Assembly: GCA_963829055.1 (NCBI GenBank)
Contig: CAWHHI010000016.1
Span: forward strand, 896,001-960,000
Source of the DNA: an uncultured Gemmatimonadaceae bacterium
Lineage (GTDB): Bacteria; Gemmatimonadota; Gemmatimonadetes; Gemmatimonadales; Gemmatimonadaceae
Length of the DNA: 64,000 nucleotides
Direction: 5' to 3'
The notes under the pieces: generated by a model
What the model was told of the DNA's origin: nothing
The model's database searches: none
The model's input: only the letters and a program-made list of their open reading frames with translations
Translations under genes and position numbers: made by a program
In this document: positions 37,309 to 48,019 of the stretch, one piece after another
Numbering within the stretch: position 1 is the stretch's first letter
How the letters are laid out: the number at the start of each line of letters is the position of its first letter

Positions 37309-38165
37309 CGCCACTCCGACGAAGACGCGCTGTGTCGACTCTATCGAGGGCCGACCGAATGCCCGACCCTCGACCGTTCCTGCAGTTACGCGAGTGCACG
37401 AGACGCCGCTGGCAAACACCGGCGCACGTCGCTAACGCTCGGGTTCTCTAGTGGATAATCTCGGCCCGCGCGGCAGGTCGGCGACCGCTCGAGGGCCTCC
37501 TTGCAATCCTCTGACAATGCACACCGCATTGCTAGAGGCGAAGCGATGGGAAGGCAATGCATTGACGGAAGATGGCGCACGTTACACGCATCGGCACCAC
37601 CGGTTCCGCGGACGGGGCCACACCGCGAAATTCCCGGGGCCGGTAACGACGGAACGGGACGGGTCGTCGGCGAGCCATCACACCACGTCGCGGCACAGTG
37701 GCTCAGTCGCCGCGAATGGCCGCGCGCAGCCGCTCGCAGTCGTGCAGGAGCAGCTGCGGTCACCTCTTCGTCGCCGCCGTACGTCTCACGCTTCCGGTCG
37801 CTGAAGAGGATGTCGGTCCAGGCCGCGATGCTCGACGACCTTTTCGCGGACGACGTCTCGCGCCCCGGGCGCTCGCGCAGTTGATCGACCAGGATACGGA
37901 TGTCGTCCTGCGCCCGTCGTCATCTCGCCGCGACGTGGACGCAAGCCCTCGATCTGTCGTACGATCGCCAGTGCTTCTTCGCGCGTCATCCCCCCTCGCA
38001 GGTCAGCGAGCTGGTCATGCTTGTCGTCGCGCGGACGCCGATGCGACGCGCCGTCACAGCGAGCGCGACAAAACAACGACGCCCGGGTTTCGCGCAATGT
38101 GGAGAACCTGAGCTGCCTCGCCGGCTCGTTATCTTCACGGCGTCTTCGCCCTCCCGATCACCGCC

Positions 38166-39144
38166 ATGTCCGATCATCAATCGCGTGCCTGACGCCGTCG
38201 CACCGTTGCACGGGCCCGCACGTCCGACTCGCCGCGCCCGACCACGATCGTCGAGGCTCCCCGTCTCGCCGCGCACCTCGGCGTCGACGTCTTCATCGCG
38301 ACCGAGACATTCCAGCGCACGGGAAGCTTCAAGTTCCGCGCTGCATTCAATGTGGTTGCCGAACGTGCCCCACCCGCACGTGATCGCGGCGTCGTCGGGC
38401 AACTTTGGTCAGGCCATGGCGTACGCGTGCAAACTGTTCGGCAAGCGCTGCACCGTCGTCATGCCCGCGAACTCCGCACGCGTGAAGGTGGATGCGGTGC
38501 TCAGTTACGGCGGACGCGTTGACCTCGTTGACACGACGAAAGTGAAACGCGCGGCGCGAGTCGCTCAGCTCGCCGCGGAGCATCCGGATGCGTACATCGC
38601 CAGCGCCTACGATGATCCGTTCGTCATCGCCGGCAACTCGTCGCTCGGCGACGAGTTGGCGGCGCTCGCGCTGCCGCCGGATGTGGTCGTGGCACCGGTT
38701 GGCGGCGGAGGCCTGACGTCCGGGCTGGTGCAGGCCGCGCAGCGCTCGAAGCATCCCATGCGCGTCATCGGCGCCGAGCCGCTCATGGCGAACGACGCGG
38801 CACGGTCGCTCCGCGAGGGCCATATCGTCGTGAACGAGAACGAGCCGCAGACCATCGCGGACGGGACGCGCACGCTGAGCGTCGGGCGCTACAACTGGGA
38901 GATTCTGAAGGACGGCATCGAGACCATCGTGGAGGTCCCGGAGGACGCGATCCGCGACGGCGTGCGTCTCCTGTTCTCGCTCGCGAATCTCAAGGCGGAG
39001 CCGACGGGCGCACTCGGCGTCGGCGCGCTGCTGACGTCGCCCGAGACGTTCCGCGGGCGACGCGTGTGCTGCGTGGTGACGGGTGGCAACGTCGACCCGG
39101 CTGTCTACGGCGCGATCGTCGCTCCCGCGAACAGCCAGGCCTAG
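38166..39144 (+). CDS. PLP-dependent threonine/serine dehydratase (N-terminus frameshifted)
   Basis: ETFQRTGSFKFR, ASSGNFGQ, VAPVGGGGL, TIADG, EPTGA, TGGNVD. Confidence 0.9.
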
Positions 39145-39167
39145 CACCGTACAGCGGTTACACGCAG

Positions 39168-39689
39168 TTACGCCGCCAGCGGCGACACGAGCGGCATGGC
39201 GCGATAGAGCAGCGCCAGCATCTCCAGGTCGCCGTGCGTGCGCGCACGGTCGGATGCGGACACGCCATCACGGTCCCGCGCCTCGACCGATGCGCCGCCG
39301 GCGATGAGCGTCACGCATGCCGCCTTGTGGCGGAACATGCTCGCGTACATGAGCGCGGTCATTCCATCCACGGTGGTGGCGTTCGCGCGCGCATTCCGCT
39401 CCAGCAACAGTCGAACGGTGTCGGCGTGTCCACCGATCGCCGCGCCCATGAGTGGTGTGCGGCCAGTGAGGTCCGTCGCGTTGACGTCGGCGCCCCAGTC
39501 GATCAGCAGGTCCACGACTTCTTCGTGCCCGTTCGCCGCGGCAACGATCAACGGCGTGTTCCCACGGCGGTCCCGCGCCTCGAGCGGCGCGCCCGCAATG
39601 AGCAGCGCGTCGACCGCGCCGGCATCACCGCGATACGCCGACTCGAACAGTGCCTTGCCTCTATTCATCAGATCGGTCATGTCGCTCAT
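39168..39689 (-). CDS. Ankyrin-repeat protein
   Basis: GNTPLIVAA, GRTPLMGAA, GMTALMYAS. Confidence 0.92.
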   Translation of the reverse strand: MSDMTDLMNRGKALFESAYRGDAGAVDALLIAGAPLEARDRRGNTPLIVAAANGHEEVVDLLIDWGADVNATDLTGRTPLMGAAIGGHADTVRLLLERNARANATTVDGMTALMYASMFRHKAACVTLIAGGASVEARDRDGVSASDRARTHGDLEMLALLYRAMPLVSPLAA

Positions 39690-39709
39690 AGCAATCAATG
39701 TCCTCGCCG

Positions 39710-40016
39710 CTACCGGCGATTGGCGGACGCTGCGGTCAATCGCATGCGCCGCTCGAGAGTCGTGACGTACGCGCGCATCACTTCGGCGCGCAGTCGGTAG
39801 TGCACGTACTGGCCGTCTCTGCGCATCTCGATGACGCCGACTTCGACGAGCACTCGAAGGTGGTGCGACATCGTCGGCTGCGAGACGGGAAACTCATCGC
39901 ACAGGTGCTGACACGCGGCGTCGCCGCGCGCGGCGATCCGTTCGAGAATTGCCAGGCGCCGCGCGTCGGCGAGCGCCTTCGCGATGCGGAGAAAGTTTTC
40001 GGCTCGTGAGCACCAT
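39710..40016 (-). CDS. ArsR/SmtB family transcriptional regulator (start frameshifted; missed by ORF track)
   Basis: Manual translation: IAKALADARRLAILERI...VSQPTMSHHLRVLVEVGVIEMRRDGQYVHY. Confidence 0.85.
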
Positions 40017-40090
40017 ATAGACGATCATCAATCTAATCGATGATTGTCTATATGGGAGGACGTGGACGGCACCGCGCCGACCAATTTTTG

Positions 40091-40176
40091 TTCCCGGTTC
40101 GCCGGTTCGCCGTTCGCCGTTCGCTCCCGGTTCGCCGTTTCCGTTCCCGGTTCCCGTTCCCGATTCCCGGTTCCCG
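40091..40176. repeat. Degenerate TTCCCGG/TTCGCCG 6-8-mer tandem array
   Basis: Directly visible downstream of pnkp. Confidence 0.8.
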
Positions 40177-40194
40177 CTTTCTCTGCCGTGATCT

Positions 40195-42790
40195 CTACAA
40201 ACGTGGATCCACCGGCTCGCTCTCGAGTGCGAGCACACCGAAGACGCACTCGTGCACGCGACGAAGCGGCTCGCCCCGTACGAATCGCTCGAGACCTTCC
40301 ACGCCAAGCGCGAACTCTCTGAGCGCCAGCGAGCGCTTGGAGGACAGTCCGCGCTGACGCAACCGCGCGAGATTCTCCGGGAGCGTGTACTCAGGACCGT
40401 AGATGACGCGGAGATACTCCCGGCCTCGGCACTTCACGGCCGGCTGTACGAGGCCACGCGGCCCGCGCGCGATGAACGACGCTGGCTTCACGACCATCCC
40501 TTCACCGCCACGTGATGTCATGTCCTCCCACCAGGCGGTCGCGGTCGCCTCGTCATCGGCACTGGCGAGATCGACCGTCCGATGCGCCGTAGTGAACAAC
40601 ACACCGGAGTCGTCCGCGGAGCACACGCCGCCGGCAGTCTCGAGATGCCACGCATGGTCCTTCGTCGTGTGCACGGCACCGGCGGTCGCGAGCACGTGGA
40701 AAGGCGCGAGCCTGAGGTCCGAGACGGACGCGACGGGCCAGCAATAGCGTCGCCACGCCTCCGTGTACCGCGTCACGAGCGCGTCACGCTCGCTGAAACG
40801 TTCGAGCAGCGCATCGAGACCAGAAGTACGATCACCCGCGGCGCGCAACGTCGCCACCGTCTCCGACAGCGCGCCCTTCGCTGCGGCCGAGACGGCGGCA
40901 TACTGCTGTCGGATCAGCTCCTGCGCCTTCGCGGACCACGGCATCAACTCACAGTCGAGCAACACCCAATCGGTCTCGAGGCGTGCCCAAAGGTCGGAGC
41001 CCTGCAACGCGCGCTGGAGAATGTCCAACAGCCCCCGCTCGAGCGCGACGTCATCGAAGAAACGACGGCCCGTGCGCGTGTAGATGAAGCCCGGCCCCTC
41101 ATCGACGATGCCAAAGCGACGGCGGGCGGCGTCCTCATCTCGGCACACAATGACCACCGCGCGGGAGCCCATGTGCTTCTCCTCGCACACGACGTTAGGC
41201 ACGCCGTAGCGCCGATAGTACGCGAACGCCTCGGTCGGGTACTCGAGGTACCCCTCGCGCGTCGACGTCTCCGAGGGAGAGATCGTGGGCGGCAGATACA
41301 CGAGCCACTTCGGATTCGCCGCGAACCGACTCATGACCTCGAGTGCCGCGGTCGCGTTCTCTTCGCGAATCGTGACGTTGTGATGCAACGCCGTCGCGAT
41401 GATGCGCTTCCCGGTGACATCCGCCAGATCGAGCACCTCGTCTTCGCGCTGCTGCGTGGACAGGCCGGCGGCGGCCGACGTGGCAGCAACCAACGGACGC
41501 GCAGGCTCGGCATAGACGTGCGCAGCCGGGACGGACACCAGTTCCTTCTCCGGCCATCGCAGTGCCGTCAGCTTGCCACCGAATACGCAGCCGGTATCGA
41601 TGTTGATCGTGCGGTTCAACCACTCGGGCTCGGGGACCGGCGTGTGACCGTATACCACGTGCGCAGGACCACGATATTCCGCAGCCCAGTTGTAGCGGAT
41701 CGGGCAGCCCGAATTCGTCCGTCTCGCCTGTGGTTTCGCCGTACAGGGCGAAGTCGCGCACTTTCCCCGACCCGCGGCCCTGCATCTCCTCCTTCATCCC
41801 GGCGTGCGCCACCACGAGCTTCCCGCCGTCCAGCACGTAGTGACTCACGAGTCCGTCGAGGAAGGCGGCGACCTGCTCGCGAAACTCCGGCGTCTCCCGT
41901 CCGAGCTGCTCGAGCGTCTCGGCCAGACCGTGCTTCACCTGTACGTCGCGCCCGCGCAGCGCCTTGACGAGCTTGAGATCGTGATTGCCCGGGCACGGCG
42001 AGCGCCGTGCCCGCGTTCGCCATCGTCATCGCGATGCGCAACGTATCGCTCACGCGAGGACCGCGGTCCACGAGGTCACCGACGAAAACGACCTTGCGCC
42101 CGTCAGCATGCGCGAACACGCCTAACGCGTCGCGCGCGTAGCCGAGCGCCTGCAGCAACGCCTCGAGCTCATCAGCGCAGCCGTGCACGTCGCCGATGAT
42201 ATCGAACGGACCGCGGTCGCCCTTCCGGTTGTTCCAGAGCGGCTGTCGTTCGATGGTCACCCGGGCGACGTCCTCAGGCGTGCGAAGGACGTGAAGATGA
42301 CGGAACCCTTCGCGCTGCAGGTTGCGCAGCGACTTGTGAAGTTGCCCGCGCTGCTGCCGTATCACGTGCCCGCCAAAGGTGCGATCCGCGCGCGCGCGGT
42401 TGCGCTCCTCGCAGACGCGCTCGGGCATGTCGAGCACGATCGCGACCGGCAGCATGTGATAGCGGCGCGCGAGCTCCACGAGCGGCTTGCGAGACTCGGG
42501 TTGCACGTTGGTCGCATCGACGACGGTCAGCAGGCCCGCCTCGAGCCGCTTGGCGGCGATGGTGTGCAGGACTTCGAACGCCGCCTTCGTCGCGCCCTGA
42601 TCGTTCTCGTCGTTCGAGACGAGTCCGCGGCAGAAGTCGGACGAAAGTGTCTCGAACGGACCGAAGTGCGTGCGCGCGAACGTCGACTTTCCACACCCGG
42701 ATGGACCGATCAGCACCACCAGCGACAGCTCGGGAATGGTGAGCGTGCGTGGTGGCGCGGGGCGAGATTGTCTAGCGTGTGCTCAGACAT
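40195..42790 (-). CDS. pnkp: Bacterial polynucleotide kinase-phosphatase (kinase, metallophosphoesterase, ligase domains), frameshifted
   Basis: GPSGCGKS P-loop; [46 protein letters not shown]. Confidence 0.96.
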
Positions 42791-44216
42791 CGGCCACCGC
42801 GTTGCCAGTGCGTTCCGCGCGCTCGAAGACGGCCATCTGCGTCGGGGCACCGACATCCGGGTCCACGGGGCCGACGGCCGCGAAGCGAACGCCGTACGCG
42901 AACCGGTCCGCAACCGCGCTTCCCCACCGCTCGAACTCGGCGCGCGTCCACTCGAACCGATGGTCGCGATGCCTGAAGCGTCCGGCCGGTAATGAGGGCC
43001 ACCGCACGTTGTATTCGGCGTTAGGCGTCGTCACGACGAGCATTCGCGGACGCGCGAACTCGAACGCCACCCGCTCGAACGCGGCGAGCCGCGGACGGTC
43101 GAGATGCTCGATCACCTCGACCACGGCGGCCGCCTCGAAGTCGGCCAGCCGTGCGTCGCGATACATGAGCGACCCGTGGAGGAGCGTGATCCGTTCGCGC
43201 TGTTTCGGCGGCATCCGGTCGAGCTTCAACCGATCCGCCGCCGTCTCGAGCGAGCGGTATGAGACGTCCATGCCGACAATGCGCGTGAACTGGCGCTCGT
43301 CGAGCAGCCGTCGGAGCAGCCGGCCCTCGCCGCACCCGAGATCGACCACTGAGACGGCCCCGCTTTCGCGAATGGCGTCGGTGACCACCTGGAGCCGTTG
43401 CTCATGGAGGCTCAGCGGGCGCTCCAGCGCGCGCTCTTCGGCGTCGCGTTCGACGGGCGCGCCGGTGTCCTCGTCCGGATCGTCCTCGATCACCAGCCGC
43501 GCGATGGCATCTCGCACGAGTGAGTGACGATGCTTGAGGTAGCGGCGCGCGATGAGGTCACGCTCGGGGTGCGACGCCAGCCACCCTTCGCCATGCCGCA
43601 GCAGCTTCTCGACTTCGTCGTCACCCACCCAGTAATGCTTCTCGTCGTCCAGGACCGGGATCAGGACGTACAGATGGGTGAGCAGTTCCGCGACTCGCTT
43701 CGTGCCGTGTAGCGTGACGCTGAAATAGCGACTGAGACCCGCTTCCGGCGTGAACGCGTCCAACGGCGCCTGCGCCGCGATCACCGTGTAGCCGAGCGGC
43801 TCGAACAGCCGTCGCAGCAGGTCTTCGCCTCCCCGGCAGGGCACCGCCGCAATGTGGGCTTCGAGCGGTATGGCCGACGCGGCAAGCTCCGCGCGCTCCT
43901 TGCTCCGCCCCGCCATGGCGCTCGCGAACACCTCCGAGATGGCGACGCTGAGGAAGGATGAAGCCACATACGGCCGGTCGTTGACGTACTGGGTCAACAA
44001 GCCGTCGCCCCCAGTCGCGCCGCGTCCACGAACGAGTCCAACGGGATCGATGTCGAGGATCAGCGCCGCCGTGCAGCGGGCGTCCGACGCGTCCGAATAC
44101 ACGACGTGTGCCCGGCCGAAGGAGAGGTCGAAGCTCTGCGCACGCGACGGATGCTTGTGGAGCAGGTACCCCAGGTCGGTCGCGGGGCGATGGGTAGTCG
44201 TGATGGTGAGCAGCAT
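42783..44216 (-). CDS. hen1: 3'-terminal RNA ribose 2'-O-methyltransferase Hen1
   Basis: ATDLGYLLHKHP, YVNDRPY, VLDDEKHYW, DLGCGEG, EVIEH, TTPN, HRFEW; intact ORF. Confidence 0.97.
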   Translation of the reverse strand: MLLTITTTHRPATDLGYLLHKHPSRAQSFDLSFGRAHVVYSDASDARCTAALILDIDPVGLVRGRGATGGDGLLTQYVNDRPYVASSFLSVAISEVFASAMAGRSKERAELAASAIPLEAHIAAVPCRGGEDLLRRLFEPLGYTVIAAQAPLDAFTPEAGLSRYFSVTLHGTKRVAELLTHLYVLIPVLDDEKHYWVGDDEVEKLLRHGEGWLASHPERDLIARRYLKHRHSLVRDAIARLVIEDDPDEDTGAPVERDAEERALERPLSLHEQRLQVVTDAIRESGAVSVVDLGCGEGRLLRRLLDERQFTRIVGMDVSYRSLETAADRLKLDRMPPKQRERITLLHGSLMYRDARLADFEAAAVVEVIEHLDRPRLAAFERVAFEFARPRMLVVTTPNAEYNVRWPSLPAGRFRHRDHRFEWTRAEFERWGSAVADRFAYGVRFAAVGPVDPDVGAPTQMAVFERAERTGNAVADV

Positions 44217-44237
44217 GCGAGGGCCTGGACGGAATAC

Positions 44238-44343
44238 AAAATCGCGTCGCCGACGGTCACCCGAGCATTCTGCGCTCGGTAGCGATCGGACACGCGCCTA
44301 ACGCGCTGTGCCGGACGACTCGTGACGATCGGGACGCGACTCC
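44238..44343 (-). ncRNA. Candidate structured leader or small RNA upstream of hen1
   Basis: 5' arm GTCGCGTCCCGATCGTCAC pairs with 3' arm GTGACCGTCGGCGACGCGAT followed by T-run; two internal hairpins. Confidence 0.4.
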
Positions 44344-44353
44344 CTGGGCTGGG

Positions 44354-44383
44354 AGTGTACGCGGCGTTTCGCCGCCCTGTCAA
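44354..44383 (-). promoter_or_regulatory. Putative sigma70 promoter for hen1-pnkp
   Basis: TTGACA-18 nt-TACACT on the minus strand. Confidence 0.55.
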
Positions 44384-44468
44384 GGCGGGCCCTGGCGCCC
44401 GTCGGCTTCGTTAGGCGACCCCCGGCGCGACCTTGCGGTGCGCCCCGGGCGCGTTAGATACCCGATAC

Positions 44469-44858
44469 ATGCCGTACAGGTACGAGATCGACGTCGATCG
44501 CCGGGTGGTGATCGCGACACTCTGGGGCAACGCTTCGATCGTGGATGTCAGGGCGATCATGGCGGAGCTATACGCAGACCCGAAGCACTCGTTCTCCATG
44601 CACCGCGTGTACGACTGCCGCGATCTCACCCGCCTTCCGACGGTGGGCGAGATCCGTGGGGTGGCCGAGATGTTCCGGCAACGGGTCGATCCGGGCATCA
44701 AGGCCAGGCGGGCAGTGGTCGTCAACCCTGGAGCCCAGTACGGACTGGGACGCATGTTCCAGGCGCTCCTGGACCTCGTCGGCGTCGAGCTGAACGTATT
44801 CTCCGACCTCGAAGAAGCGATCACCTGGGCCGCCGAGCCCGGGCCGCGCGCCGTCTAG
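44469..44858 (+). CDS. Small STAS/SpoIIAA-like protein
   Basis: YRYEIDVDRRVVIAT, RRAVVV, YGLGRMF, VFSDLEEAITW. Confidence 0.7.
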   Translation: MPYRYEIDVDRRVVIATLWGNASIVDVRAIMAELYADPKHSFSMHRVYDCRDLTRLPTVGEIRGVAEMFRQRVDPGIKARRAVVVNPGAQYGLGRMFQALLDLVGVELNVFSDLEEAITWAAEPGPRAV

Positions 44859-45156
44859 CGAGAGCAGAGGCGCCGCGTTAGGCATCGTGCCACCCCGTGC
44901 CCGCGGTGGTGAGTGCTGGTGGATGCCCTGTCACCGCTGGGTTCGCACGCGATCGGGGCCATAGCGGCCTTGGGCTTGCATGGGATTCAAAATAAGTGAG
45001 CCCAGGCAGTTCCTCCGGGAGCGAGCCCGGGGACGGTCCGGACCAGCCACGGTCCGACGGGCTTACCACGCCCGCGCTGATTTCGACATAGGCCCGGCAA
45101 GCGCTGACCCCTCTGCCGACGGTTGGTGACTCCCATGAGCGGCAGAGTTTGCGACT

Positions 45157-45903
45157 ATGGAATCGACGCAGCACGCGCAGCACGCCACCGAACCGAATCG
45201 GCTGCTCCGGGCTATGCCTCCCGACGAGTACGCGGCCCTCATCGAATACATGGAGCCAGTCGAGTTGCCCTCGCGGTACGTGCTCTGGCAAGCCGAAGCC
45301 ACCATCAGGTCGCTCTATTTTCCGCGCAGCTGTGTCGTCTCGTTCCTGCTGCCGCTCAAGGACGAGCAACCCGTCGAAGCGGCGACGGTGGGACGGGAAG
45401 GCATGGCCGGCACTCCCGTGCTGCTGGGCGTACGCGTCACCAACGTCCAGGCGATCGCGCAGGTCCCGGGCGCCGCACTACGCGTTGACGCCGAGCGTTT
45501 CATGGCGCAGGTGCGATCAGCGGATGGAAAACTCTTTCCGCTCATGCTCCGCTACGCGCAGGCGCTCCAGGAACAAACCACGCAATCGGTAGCGTGCAAC
45601 CGTCGTCATGGCATCGACGAGCGCTGCGCGCGATGGCTGCTCATGACACAGGATCGTGTGGGCACCGATCGGTTCCCCCTCACGCAGGAGTTTCTGGCGT
45701 TCATGCTCGGCGTGCGACGCGCCACAGTCACCGTCGCGGCGGGCATGCTCCAACAGGCCGGGCTCATCCGTTATCACCGCGGTCAGATCATGGTGCTGGA
45801 CCGCGAAGGGCTGGAGGCGGCGAGCTGCGAATGCTACGGGGCGGTCCGGCGAACATACGATCAGTTGCTGGGCGACGGAGGTTCCGGGGCCTCATCAACA
45901 TGA
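45157..45903 (+). CDS. Crp/Fnr family transcriptional regulator
   Basis: NRLLRAMP, VGREGMAG, ERCARWLL, LTQEFLAFMLGVRRATVT. Confidence 0.93.
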   Translation: MESTQHAQHATEPNRLLRAMPPDEYAALIEYMEPVELPSRYVLWQAEATIRSLYFPRSCVVSFLLPLKDEQPVEAATVGREGMAGTPVLLGVRVTNVQAIAQVPGAALRVDAERFMAQVRSADGKLFPLMLRYAQALQEQTTQSVACNRRHGIDERCARWLLMTQDRVGTDRFPLTQEFLAFMLGVRRATVTVAAGMLQQAGLIRYHRGQIMVLDREGLEAASCECYGAVRRTYDQLLGDGGSGASST

Positions 45904-46083
45904 ATCGAACGAGACGTCCCGCCGCGTACGCTGGCGTACATTCGAGTGCACGCGAGCGTACGAACAAACCGCCGTAAGCCGTTGTGGCGCAAACACTTGT
46001 ATGGCGTCAGCGCTCCTGCTAAAATGAGTCTATCCACGTCGCGGAATGGCGCGACGAGTCCAGTCAGCTGGAGAGGGTGACGC

Positions 46084-46446
46084 ATGCATATGGATTTCCG
46101 GTATGTGGGGGTCTCGGGTAACGCATCACGAGCCGGGAGTGTGGCCGGCGTGGCGTCGAAAGTGGCCGACCTGCTGTCGGACGGCCGGATGCAGGCCCAA
46201 GTGCGAAAGGGCGCCGTACCAGAAGCCCCATGGCGGGAGGCCCTCCGGGCTATGTGCGATGAAGCGCACGCGACGGGCGTGCCGCCGGAGCAGCTGCTCC
46301 GCGAGGTCAAGGAGGCAGTCGCTATTCTGTGCGACACGTGCGCTGTCCCCTACGGGCCGGCACGCATGGAGTTCACGAGCCGCGTCGTGACACTCTGTAT
46401 CGAGGAGTATTACGCGTTTGCCGGTGATATCAGCGCCGGGACATAA
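46084..46446 (+). CDS. Small helical hypothetical protein
   Basis: GVPPEQLLREVK...VVTLCIEEYY; GGAGAGG upstream. Confidence 0.6.
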   Translation: MHMDFRYVGVSGNASRAGSVAGVASKVADLLSDGRMQAQVRKGAVPEAPWREALRAMCDEAHATGVPPEQLLREVKEAVAILCDTCAVPYGPARMEFTSRVVTLCIEEYYAFAGDISAGT

Positions 46447-46766
46447 CGCTTCCTCAGACTCCACCCGATCGAGCAGATGACAATGGCCACGGCCAGGAGA
46501 CCGGCCGGCCGAGGACGCAACGCACCGGACAGTACTCCGAGTGCAACGGCGGTTGGAGTAGCAGCGGCGGAACGCCAAGCCGCGCCCCAGCATTCGATCG
46601 GAACGCCAGAGACTGGCGGGCGCGCAGGTATGCGTCACTGCCCCGCCGAACCATAGGTGGTTGCGCGTAGCCGGCCGGCCCGGTAAATGCTTGGGATGGT
46701 AAGCATAGCCGTGCCGTCGGTGGGACCCGGACGCGCCAAGGCAGGTGGCGCTTCGCGGGCAGCGCG

Positions 46767-47177
46767 GTGTGTCCCGTCGTACTCTCAGGCGGTCCCGTGG
46801 CGATTCTACACGTCGAAGACAACGATTCGGTTCGACGCGCAGTCCACCGCGCGCTCACGGTGTTCGGGCTCGCGGTCGTGTCCGTCGAGGGGGTGGGCGC
46901 CGCGAAGGCGGCACTCGCGGAGCGTACCGACATCACCGGCGCGTTGCTCGACATCCAACTCGGTGATGGGAGTGGAATCGACCTCTACCAGTGGATTTCT
47001 ACCCACCGCCCCGACCTCGCCGAGCGCGTCGCGTTCGTGACCGGCAACGCGGACGCGGAGAGCTCGGCACCGCTGGCGGCGATTGGCTGCCCGGTATTCC
47101 CGAAGCCGTGCGCGATCCTCGACCTCACGCGCGTCGCCGCCGAGTGGGAGGACGCGGCGGACGCCAGTCCTCGGTGA
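46767..47177 (+). CDS. Stand-alone response regulator receiver
   Basis: ILHVEDN, LLDIQLGDGSG, FVTG, PKP. Confidence 0.85.
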   Translation: MCPVVLSGGPVAILHVEDNDSVRRAVHRALTVFGLAVVSVEGVGAAKAALAERTDITGALLDIQLGDGSGIDLYQWISTHRPDLAERVAFVTGNADAESSAPLAAIGCPVFPKPCAILDLTRVAAEWEDAADASPR

Positions 47178-47368
47178 ACGCGCGCTGAGTTCTCCCCCGC
47201 CAGGCCCATCGAGCACGCGCAGGCGAAGCGACTCCGGAACCGCGCGTGCGGCACGTCCGCTGCACGGCTCACTCGAATACCTCGCGATCCGTCCGCCTAA
47301 CGATCTGGATTCACAGCTCGAGGGCTCCGGCGGCGGGCGGCCCGCCCCGCCCCGTCAGTAGGGCCGCG

Positions 47369-47602
47369 TTAGGCGCTCTCCGCCACGGCGGCCATGCCGA
47401 GTGAGGTGAGGTCGACCAGAAAGACGTGGGGCCGGTCCGAGTCGGTCTCGTAATTCGGCAGCTCGTGCAGCAGCGCGAGGCCCTCGCTCACGGCGAGCGC
47501 GGAGAAGTGCGCGTCAACGTCGTCTCGGCGGTCGATTTGATTCTCGGGCCGCCGCTCCGGGAGGCCGCGGAGCCACGCTATCAGTCCGGTGTCGTACGCC
47601 AT
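47369..47602 (-). CDS. Small hypothetical protein
   Basis: 77-aa ORF; TAA lies inside GCCTAAC. Confidence 0.45.
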   Translation of the reverse strand: MAYDTGLIAWLRGLPERRPENQIDRRDDVDAHFSALAVSEGLALLHELPNYETDSDRPHVFLVDLTSLGMAAVAESA

Positions 47603-48019
47603 CCGTCGTCACTCCGCTCGAAGACGTTCCCCTCCTCCGCCGGTCAGCACCATCGTCCGCGCTGCCCGGCTCCCGCAAGAGTTGCCCTGGGCGCCTCCCG
47701 TCGGTCCCGCAGCGATCCCGTACCGCGCGCGACGTATGCGGTCGGCATGCCGCCGTGCCTGATCTCGCGCTCACTGGTTGCGGTCGGCGACTGCACTCGT
47801 GCCGCGTACAATAATTCACCGCGTCCGGGGAGCGCGAGCGTGAAACGGCGAGGAACACTTACTCCCGTGTCCCGCGATCCACGTGCCTCGCACGCAGCGG
47901 TCGAGCGGGTCGGGTCGCGTCGGCCGCGGCTGGCGGGACCGACGGCCCCGGCGCATTTTGCGGCGGCGCCCAGCCGCGGCGCAGAACCCGAGTACGGGAC
48001 TAAGGGTGGATACGAAGCA

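Noticed and set aside
37400..38120. Short ORFs between the MoxR operon and the dehydratase
   Set aside because: No consistent frame or motif; could be a frameshifted small gene but is unsupported
1283..42790. Split ORFs (icd, fahA, moxR, pnkp etc.) as pseudogenes or programmed frameshifts
   Set aside because: Motifs are intact on both sides of single-base indels and near-essential genes are affected, which fits sequencing error
44238..44343. SRP RNA, tRNA or 6S identity for the hen1 leader
   Set aside because: Lacks the SRP helix-8 motif and T-loop GTTC; too short for 6S
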